A stretch of 7,734 nt of DNA from Candidatus Wukongarchaeum yapensis (GTDB lineage Archaea > Asgardarchaeota > Wukongarchaeia > Wukongarchaeales > Wukongarchaeaceae), in NCBI GenBank assembly GCA_016840425.1, contig JAEOSI010000101.1, positions 1 through 7,734 on the forward strand, written 5' to 3'. Below the pieces are notes generated by a model. It saw nothing but the letters and a program-made list of their open reading frames with translations. It had not been told where the DNA came from and searched no databases. This document shows positions 1-6,054 of the stretch, one piece after another. Within the stretch, counting starts at the first letter, position 1. The number at the start of each line of letters is the position of its first letter. A program made the position numbers and the translations under genes.

Positions 1-442
1 GTTTTTTTTCTAGCCATGAGTATATCGTGTTGTTTGCTGTTAGGGCGATTATTACTCCTGTTAGGTAGTAGATGCCTAGTTTGTATACGTTTATTCGGTC
101 TTCTATGAAGTCTATTTCTTGTAGTATTTCTGTTCCGATGAGGAAGAATCCGATGTAGAAGAATATGGTTGTTATCATTATGGTTATTAAGATTGCTTCT
201 TTTTCGTTTATGAAGCCTTTTATTTTTAGTATTAGCATTTCAGAGAGGTTTATTGTGGAGATTGTTAGTATGAAGACGGTTCCGATGGGTAGTAGGGTGT
301 AGACTGGCCAGTTTTCTTCGGCGTTTAGCTCTAGGATGTGGAGGGCGTAGTAAATGGGGGGTATTTGTGTTAGGATCATCATGGTGGTGATGAAGAGTGT
401 TATGTTGAGCATGTTTGGACTGAGCCAGTGCCGTACAAACAT
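1..442 (-). CDS. Hypothetical integral membrane protein, ~4 TM helices; the C-terminal end runs off the left edge (at least 147 aa)
   Basis: Manual translation from ATG at 442: MFVRHWLSPNMLNITLFITTMMILTQIPPIYYALHILELNAEENWPVYTLLPIGTVFILTISTINLSEMLILKIKGFINEKEAILITIMITTIFFYIGFFLIGTEILQEIDFIEDRINVYKLGIYYLTGVIIALTANNTIYSWLEKK. No stop in 147 codons. SD-like AGGTG lies upstream, third codon positions are strongly A/C-biased, and there are four hydrophobic segments. Confidence 0.85.
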   Translation of the reverse strand, partial: MFVRHWLSPNMLNITLFITTMMILTQIPPIYYALHILELNAEENWPVYTLLPIGTVFILTISTINLSEMLILKIKGFINEKEAILITIMITTIFFYIGFFLIGTEILQEIDFIEDRINVYKLGIYYLTGVIIALTANNTIYSWLEKK

Positions 443-615
443 TTAAGAGCACCTTAATCTTTCGATTTGCGTGTTGTTTTTTAAAAATGTTGTGTAAGTT
501 GATGGTTTAACAGTTTTACGTGCGTGGACTTAAAATAGGAAAATAAGGAAATGGGGTTGATTTAATTTTTTAGATGTTTTTTGGAAAAATAGATAGGGGC
601 TTGTTTTGGTATAAT

Positions 616-634
616 GGGAGGGAGAGGGGAAGGG
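616..634 (+). other. Canonical G-quadruplex-forming / polypurine motif GGGAGGGAGAGGGGAAGGG
   Basis: Four tracts of at least 3 G with loops of 1, 3 and 2 nt. Whether it folds in vivo is unknown. Confidence 0.5.
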
Positions 635-636
635 TT

Positions 637-691
637 TTTTTGTTGTCTTTTTTTATGAGATAGTAAAAGGGGGAAAAAAAGACAGCAAAAA
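637..691. repeat. 18-bp inverted repeat with 19-nt spacer
   Basis: TTTTTGTTGTCTTTTTTT (637-654) versus AAAAAAAGACAGCAAAAA (674-691): 17 Watson-Crick pairs plus one G-T. Low complexity. Confidence 0.6.
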
Positions 692-944
692 CACGATTAA
701 GGTCTGTGTACTTTTTTTGTTTTGGGGGTTTATAAACTTTTTCATAATTATGTAAATAAATGCATTATTGTACGAATTTTTTAACGTAAAAGTGTATATT
801 TTGTAGGTTTTAAAATCAGAATCGTATAGATTTTCTTTAGGGGTTTTTTAGTTAGAGTTATTAATTATTGTCTCTAAAATATAATTAAGTGAATTGATTG
901 TTGAACTTATTGTATAGGCGTGGGTTAGGGAAAGGCGTATTTAT

Positions 945-2603
945 ATGAAGGTTAGGCAAGAGGTAAAATTAGATGAGCTGAAAGACGCTTTAAAGATACG
1001 TAGGGAGGGAGGGTCAGCTACTTTTCTTTTAAATCTTCTTAGTGTGCTTGAGGGATTGATTTTAAGTTATGGTAAAAAGCTTAGGGCTTTTAGTAGGCGG
1101 GGGGTTTTTAAAGATAAGGCGGAGAAGTATGCGTGGACTCAGCTTTTATGTGCTAGGGGGCTTTTAGAGGAAATAGTAGTGATAAGTAAGGAATCGGCTT
1201 TTTTCAGTCTTAGGACCCTTGAGGATTTGTTGAGAAGTAGGGAGGATGTGGTGTATGATGTTGCTTCTGAATCTTTGTGTGTGGCTTTGAAGAAATATCC
1301 GGTTATAGGGGGGGAAGTTATGGGGATTTTGAGGCGTCTTTTTCTGGATAAGGATCCTAGGGTTGGGGAGGCGGCGATAAATACTCTTCGTAAAATAGTG
1401 AGGGTTAACTTGGAGTTGCCTTGTAGATTGTTACCTGAGCTAAGATATCTTTCTTTGGGGGGTAGGGAGATGCGTATGAGGGCTATGGATGCTTTAGAAG
1501 TTTTTGTTGAGACTGATGCGGAGTTTTTTGAACAAGAAGTTGTTTCAATATTGAAGAGAATGGTTTTTGATGATAATGAGCTTGTTGTGGATTATGCGTG
1601 TCATATAATGAATGAGTTTATAAATAGTTTGCCAGATAGGGCTGGCGAGGTTTTATTTCCGATTATTAAAGAGATGGTTGAAAGTGGGAAAGCGCATGTT
1701 AGATCGAAAGCTTATTCTTGTTTGATTGAGTTTATATCAGTTATTTCAGAAGATTTTTTGAAGGATATTTTTTTGTGGATGAAAGAGTTGGTGGGAGATA
1801 AAGAAAGGTTTTGTAAGGAAACGGTAATTGCTCTTTCTGTTTTGGTTAGAAATTCTCCTGATTTTGGAGAGGAGGTTTTAAAGCTTCTAAAGGGTTTTCT
1901 GAAAAGTGGGGATAGGGAGATACGTGTTGCAATAGCGGGTTCTTTGGTGGATATGGTAAACGTAGATTTGATGGTTTTGAAGGAAGGAATAGAGATTTTG
2001 AAATGTTTATTGAGAGATAGGGATTATGAGGTTAGGAAAAGTGCTTTTGAAACGTTATATAAGGTTGTTGAGCAGGCGGCGCGGCATAGTCAGGATATAG
2101 CGATACAGATATTGTCAATGCTTGAAGAATTAATCGTTGAAGATGTTCTTTTTTCTTTCCGAAAATGGGAACATTGGGAAATAAGAGAAAGATTAGCATT
2201 CATTCTTAAAACCTTGATATATAGTAACCCCCAGATTAGCGAAAAGGCTTTACCTTTAATGATTAATTTTTTGGGAGAGAATGATCCGGAAGTTCAAAAG
2301 CATGTGGTTTTTGCGTTGGAAAAAGCGTTAGAGTATAATTTGGAAATAGGGGAAATCATTTTGCCTGAGGTAAGGAAACTTGTAGAGACTGCTGTGGAAG
2401 GTTTTAAAAAAGATCTTAGTTCTAATGAAGCTTTTACATATCTTGTAAGAAGTTGTTCTGCATTGGAAATCGTTTTGGAGAAATTGGAAAAAATTGTGGC
2501 TCCTAAAACATTGGAAGAGAGTAGAGAATTTTTAGAATCAGTAGATAAGCTTTTAAAAAACACAATGTTGAAAAAGCAAAAGGATAAACAGAGAGAACTT
2601 TAA
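945..2603 (+). CDS. HEAT-repeat (alpha-solenoid) protein, 552 aa, ~11 repeats
   Basis: Recurrent ~38-40 aa units with the 'L..LL.D.D..VR..A...L' pattern, e.g. RRLFLDKDPRVGEAAINTL, KGFLKSGDREIRVAIAGSL, KCLLRDRDYEVRKSAFETL, INFLGENDPEVQKHVVFAL. Confidence 0.88.
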   Translation: MKVRQEVKLDELKDALKIRREGGSATFLLNLLSVLEGLILSYGKKLRAFSRRGVFKDKAEKYAWTQLLCARGLLEEIVVISKESAFFSLRTLEDLLRSREDVVYDVASESLCVALKKYPVIGGEVMGILRRLFLDKDPRVGEAAINTLRKIVRVNLELPCRLLPELRYLSLGGREMRMRAMDALEVFVETDAEFFEQEVVSILKRMVFDDNELVVDYACHIMNEFINSLPDRAGEVLFPIIKEMVESGKAHVRSKAYSCLIEFISVISEDFLKDIFLWMKELVGDKERFCKETVIALSVLVRNSPDFGEEVLKLLKGFLKSGDREIRVAIAGSLVDMVNVDLMVLKEGIEILKCLLRDRDYEVRKSAFETLYKVVEQAARHSQDIAIQILSMLEELIVEDVLFSFRKWEHWEIRERLAFILKTLIYSNPQISEKALPLMINFLGENDPEVQKHVVFALEKALEYNLEIGEIILPEVRKLVETAVEGFKKDLSSNEAFTYLVRSCSALEIVLEKLEKIVAPKTLEESREFLESVDKLLKNTMLKKQKDKQREL

Positions 2604-2609
2604 TTTTTT
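2604..2609 (+). terminator. Oligo-T tract directly after the HEAT gene stop, putative archaeal terminator
   Basis: T6 follows TAA (2601-2603). T-tracts are common on this strand, so support is weak. Confidence 0.4.
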
Positions 2610-2664
2610 GTAAATATTGTAAAAAACAGTTTTTTTAATGTAGAATATTTAACAGAATAGTTTT

Positions 2665-2682
2665 AAAAAAAGTTTTTATAAT
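2665..2682 (+). promoter_or_regulatory. Archaeal BRE/TATA promoter, predicted TSS ~2703-2705
   Basis: AAAAAAAG-TTTTTATAAT. Canonical TATA-to-TSS spacing places +1 at G2703 or G2705, exactly where the 11-bp closing helix begins. Confidence 0.65.
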
Positions 2683-2701
2683 GCCTCAGCCCATCTTTTC
2701 A

Positions 2702-2905
2702 TGCGCAGAGGAAAAAATCCTTACACCTAAGATATTCCTGGAAGGAGAAGCCAGTAGGCCCCATCCAGGATAAGAGAGACTGTAGGAAGGTTGTGCGGAG
2801 AAAGCGAGCGCATACAACGAACTAAAAACATCATGGTTAAAAAGCATAGGCGGACACACTTTATAATTACGATTGTCAACGTTGTTTACACTCCTCCTCT
2901 GCGCA
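2702..2905 (+). ncRNA. Putative structured non-coding RNA (~200 nt), family unidentified
   Basis: Perfect terminal complementarity TGCGCAGAGGA (2702-2712) / TCCTCTGCGCA (2895-2905). Nested helices 2718-2725/2781-2787, 2736-2742/2764-2770 and 2750-2752/2757-2759. About 47% GC over 2681-2860 versus about 11% over 2601-2680. TATA upstream, T-rich tract downstream, no convincing ORF. Confidence 0.65.
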
Positions 2906-2907
2906 AA

Positions 2908-2943
2908 TTCTTTTACTGAATTTTACTTTTTTTATCGTTTTTA
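2908..2943 (+). terminator. T-rich tracts downstream of the putative ncRNA
   Basis: TTCTTTT...TTTT...TTTTTTT...TTTTT follow immediately after the 3' arm of the closing helix. Confidence 0.4.
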
Positions 2944-3756
2944 TGCGGGCGATTTTATCTCTAAGGGCAGTTTTACTTTGAGATTTAATATTTTTTCGGC
3001 GCTTCCTTGGTTGATAGATAGCTCTAGTTTGTCATCACTATTTATAAGGGCGATTATTTCGCCTTTTTTCGCTTGAGAAAAGGTAGAGACAAATTTGATT
3101 TTTTCCCCTTCTTTTAATTTTTCATTGATTTTTATCCTAATTTTATCGCCATATGTTATGCCAAATTTTTCCGTGATTTCTTTTGGGATGTTTGTTACTG
3201 CATTTCCAAAGCGATCAATGTGTATTATTTGACCCACTATTTTCTCCTCGATAATTTTCGCTTTTTCGATGGGAAGATATGTTATGTTTTGGCTGTTTAG
3301 TTCTGGTCCTAAATCGCTTAATGGTATACCTTTCGAGAGGAAAGCTGCTGCAGGAGCAAAAATGTCTCTGCCGTGGAAGGTTTTTGAGATTTTATTTAAC
3401 ATGTATTTTTTGTTAGTTATTTGTACTATTGTCGTTATGCCTTCTTCTTCTGCGGCTAGGGTTAAAACACCGTTGTCTGGTCCTACTAAAAGGGATCTTT
3501 TTGTTTGTATTACAATTGCTTTTCTAGCGCCTCCGACTCCAGGATCTATTACTACTATGTGAATGGTTTCTTTTGGGAAATGTTTTGTTGCTGTGCTTAG
3601 TAAGTAGGCTGCTTGTAGTATGTCTTGAGGGGGTATTTGGTGGGTTATGTCTACTATTTTTGTTTCGGGGGATATGGAGAGGATTATACCTTTCATTTGG
3701 GCTGTATAAGTGTCTTTTAGTCCGAAATCGGTTAACAAGGTTATTATTGGGGTCAT
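2941..3756 (-). CDS. DUF62-family S-adenosylmethionine hydroxide adenosyltransferase (SAM hydrolase; fluorinase/chlorinase superfamily), 271 aa
   Basis: Motifs ITLLTDFG, DITHQI, VVIDPGVGGAR, GPDNGVL, SKTFHGRDIFAPAA and IDRFGN. The Asp-Arg-His triad (DPGVGGAR, FHGRD) marks the hydroxide class. The likely start is MTPIITLLTDFG at 3756, with GAGG upstream, not the ORF-track start at 3840. Confidence 0.93.
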   Translation of the reverse strand: MTPIITLLTDFGLKDTYTAQMKGIILSISPETKIVDITHQIPPQDILQAAYLLSTATKHFPKETIHIVVIDPGVGGARKAIVIQTKRSLLVGPDNGVLTLAAEEEGITTIVQITNKKYMLNKISKTFHGRDIFAPAAAFLSKGIPLSDLGPELNSQNITYLPIEKAKIIEEKIVGQIIHIDRFGNAVTNIPKEITEKFGITYGDKIRIKINEKLKEGEKIKFVSTFSQAKKGEIIALINSDDKLELSINQGSAEKILNLKVKLPLEIKSPA

Positions 3757-3787
3757 ATTTTGTTTTTCCTCGGATTTGATTGGTTTT

Positions 3788-6001
3788 TTAGGGGTTTTCT
3801 TTTTCTTTGAAGCGTTCAAGGATTTTATCGTATACTTCATGGTCAGGGGTTTGCTCAGAGAGGCGGGATAAGCGTTCTACAATGAGTTCTGGTGTTGATT
3901 TGGCGAGGTAGTTGAATTTTGGTGTTCTGTCTACTATGAGGTTTAGATTTTTATCGAGTCCTGTTGCTTCTATGCCGTCGATGCGTATTTTGTTTTTTGT
4001 AAATTTTATAATATCTTCTGCTAGGTGGCTTACGAATACGCCGCAGGAGTTCTTTTTTTCGTTTAGCATGTCGAGGATTGCTGCTATTACTTTGGCTGAG
4101 GCTCCAGGTTCGCTTATTGCTTCCATTTCGTCTACAAGGATTATTTTTGATCCTTTTCCTTCTACGATGACTTTGGCGAAGGTTTTTAGTGTTGATTCAA
4201 GGGCTCCTGCGTCCATTGTTCCTGTTGTTTTTGCGAAGTAGTATAGTTCGTCGAAAAGCCCTATTTTAGCGTTTTCGGCGGGTATTGGTAGTCCTGATTG
4301 CGCCATTATTAATAATTGGGCTAGGAGGGTTATGCATGTGGTTTTCCCCCCCGAATTAGCGCCACTTAAGATGATAACGCGTTCGTCTCCTACTTCTGCT
4401 TCTTGGTCTTTTGGTATGTTTCCCACCTTATATCTTATGGGCATTACGGGGTTTCCTTTTTCTAGTTCTGCTTCTTTTAAGAAGAGATTGTATCCGTTTT
4501 TGAAGGATATTCCATAAGTGTCCGTGTAGAGGTTTTCGGGGGGGCTTAGATTGTATTCTTTCGCAAAGAGGGCTATTGCGAGGTGTACGTCGAACTCGAG
4601 CAAGGCTTTTACAGATTCTCTTGTCGTTTCTTCTAATTCTTTTAATTGGTTTGCTATTTTTTTAAGTAACCAGTATTTTTTGGTTGTGTAGTTTCTTCTG
4701 AGGGTGTCTTCTAGTTCTCTTAAGCGTATGTTGTTTACTTGTAGGGGGTAGGCTGTTTCACGGGAAAAGAGTCCTTCAATAATTTCTAGTTCTGAGGGGG
4801 TTAGTTCTAGTTTTTCTGCTATTTTGTCTTCTGCTTTTGTAACTGTTTCTTCGATGATTTCAACGATATCTTCTTCCACGATTCCGCGTAGACTACCCAT
4901 TTCGTCGGCTTCTTTTAAGAGTTTAAGTATTTGCTCCCCTTTAAGGGTTATAGAGCTTTCACCGATTTTTCCTGAAATTTCTTCGTTTGCCCAAACTTCT
5001 ACATCCGAAATGATTCCATCGAGGTTTTCTAAAGCTGTTCGGTATCTGTCTATTTCCGGGTCTATTTTTTCGGCTATGTCGCCATCTAGCGTAAGGTAGG
5101 ATATTCCTTCTGCGACAGTTTCTAATGCTTCTGGATTAATAGAGCCTACAAGGTTTTCAACTGTGGGCATTATGTTTAACTCTTTTAAAAGATCGTTTAG
5201 GTTACAAACAGCGTTAATGGTTTCATATTTTTGTGTGTAAAAACTCAGGACAAGTTCGGGAAAAATATCGATTATATCTGTCGAAGTAGATAATATTTCG
5301 AGGTTTGGAATATTTTCGAGGGAATGATCCATATAAAGGGAGTCGCTTATCAATAAGACTAGGCTAAAAGATTTTGCATAATCTATTGCTTCATCCATGT
5401 TTTCGATTAGATAAATTGGGCAAAAATCTGAACAGTTCTTATTTATGAACTCTTTATAGGTTTCTTCTTTTTCTGTTATAACTACTCGGTCTTCTACTTT
5501 TTTTTTCTTGCGGGTTATGTATAGGGGTGAAATTTTTGACAGGATTTTTTTAATTTTTTCCAAATCTTCTTCTTTAAGATCTCCTACTAATTTTTTCGCT
5601 ATCTTTAGCTTTTCATATCTTTGTTGTATTTTTTCAAGGAATTGGGGGGGGAGGGGATAGTAAAGAAATAATTTGTTTTTAGCGTAATTAGTACTACAGA
5701 AGGGAAAGATTATTTTTAGTATACGATCATGAATTTTTACCGCATTTTCTGTTTTCAAAATTCCTTCTACACTGATGTTTTCTATTGAAGCAAACGCTGT
5801 TTTTACGATGTTTATAGCAGTTTTTTGACTGATACCTTCTATGGAAGATAGACCCGCTATATCTCCATCAAGGATTGCTTCTGTCGTTGTTTCTAAAGAG
5901 CCGTAGAAAGATACTATCTTTTTAGCAAGTTTGGAGCCGACTCCTGGTAGTTTATCTAGGGTGAAGTTTTTATCAAGTTGTTTGAAAAAGTGATTAGACA
6001 A
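3788..6001 (-). CDS. mutS2: Archaeal MutS2-type DNA-binding ATPase with N-terminal helix-hairpin-helix motifs, no Smr domain, 737 aa
   Basis: N-terminal HhH motifs (LDKLPGVGSKLAKKI, LSSIEGISQKTA), Walker A GANSGGKT, TMDAGALESTL, Walker B ILVDEME, VFVSHL. TTG start with GAAGGG upstream. Confidence 0.88.
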   Translation of the reverse strand: MSNHFFKQLDKNFTLDKLPGVGSKLAKKIVSFYGSLETTTEAILDGDIAGLSSIEGISQKTAINIVKTAFASIENISVEGILKTENAVKIHDRILKIIFPFCSTNYAKNKLFLYYPLPPQFLEKIQQRYEKLKIAKKLVGDLKEEDLEKIKKILSKISPLYITRKKKKVEDRVVITEKEETYKEFINKNCSDFCPIYLIENMDEAIDYAKSFSLVLLISDSLYMDHSLENIPNLEILSTSTDIIDIFPELVLSFYTQKYETINAVCNLNDLLKELNIMPTVENLVGSINPEALETVAEGISYLTLDGDIAEKIDPEIDRYRTALENLDGIISDVEVWANEEISGKIGESSITLKGEQILKLLKEADEMGSLRGIVEEDIVEIIEETVTKAEDKIAEKLELTPSELEIIEGLFSRETAYPLQVNNIRLRELEDTLRRNYTTKKYWLLKKIANQLKELEETTRESVKALLEFDVHLAIALFAKEYNLSPPENLYTDTYGISFKNGYNLFLKEAELEKGNPVMPIRYKVGNIPKDQEAEVGDERVIILSGANSGGKTTCITLLAQLLIMAQSGLPIPAENAKIGLFDELYYFAKTTGTMDAGALESTLKTFAKVIVEGKGSKIILVDEMEAISEPGASAKVIAAILDMLNEKKNSCGVFVSHLAEDIIKFTKNKIRIDGIEATGLDKNLNLIVDRTPKFNYLAKSTPELIVERLSRLSEQTPDHEVYDKILERFKEKENP

Positions 6002-6054
6002 CGTTTAACCCTTCAAAATCTACTTTTATTTTTTTATCCCCGTTTAAAATGCGG

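Noticed and set aside
240-452. ORF-track 70-aa His-rich ORF (-)
   Set aside because: Off-frame shadow of the real membrane protein gene (1-442). Its His/Pro/Asn richness follows from the A/C bias of that strand.
728-752. 10-bp palindromes GTTTATAAAC and CATAATTATG
   Set aside because: Short and AT-rich, so expected by chance in this composition.
443-944. AT-rich spacer as a replication origin (TGGAAAAATAGATAGGGG at ~582-599 loosely resembles an ORB)
   Set aside because: No repeated GTTCCAGTGGAAA-type ORB, no adjacent cdc6/orc1 gene, and the skew does not switch polarity across it.
2736-2770. Methanococcal-type SECIS (GAA bulge followed by 3 G-C pairs)
   Set aside because: The base opposite GAA is C rather than A, and no adjacent gene has an in-frame TGA.
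2681-2871. Small ORFs in the island (e.g. MPQPIFSCAEEK...30 aa on +; MLFNHDVFSS...53 aa on -)
   Set aside because: No recognisable homology or RBS, and the nested base-pairing favours RNA structure over coding.
2702-2905. MITE bounded by 11-bp terminal inverted repeats; also tRNA, SRP RNA, canonical RNase P RNA or a known riboswitch
   Set aside because: No target-site duplication and the 5' end coincides with a predicted TSS, which disfavours but does not exclude a MITE. Diagnostic motifs for the known RNA classes are absent or in the wrong order.
2941-3756. True fluorinase or chlorinase
   Set aside because: Has the FHGRD His and DPGVGGAR Asp/Arg of the hydroxide class, not the halogenase-type motif.
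3757-3840. 28-aa Lys-rich N-terminal extension of the DUF62 ORF
   Set aside because: Overlaps the mutS2 3' end. Family homology and the RBS point to the ATG at 3756.
2294-5099. Antisense or overlapping ORFs 2294-2563, 2873-3076, 3269-3562, 3573-3779, 3912-4241, 4332-4517 and 4824-5099
   Set aside because: Shadows of well-supported genes on the opposite strand, with Ser/Phe-rich, non-protein-like composition.
5644-5651. G8 homopolymer in mutS2 as a phase-variation tract
   Set aside because: In frame (encodes Pro-Pro). Similar G7/C7 runs occur elsewhere in the window (355-361, 4346-4352).
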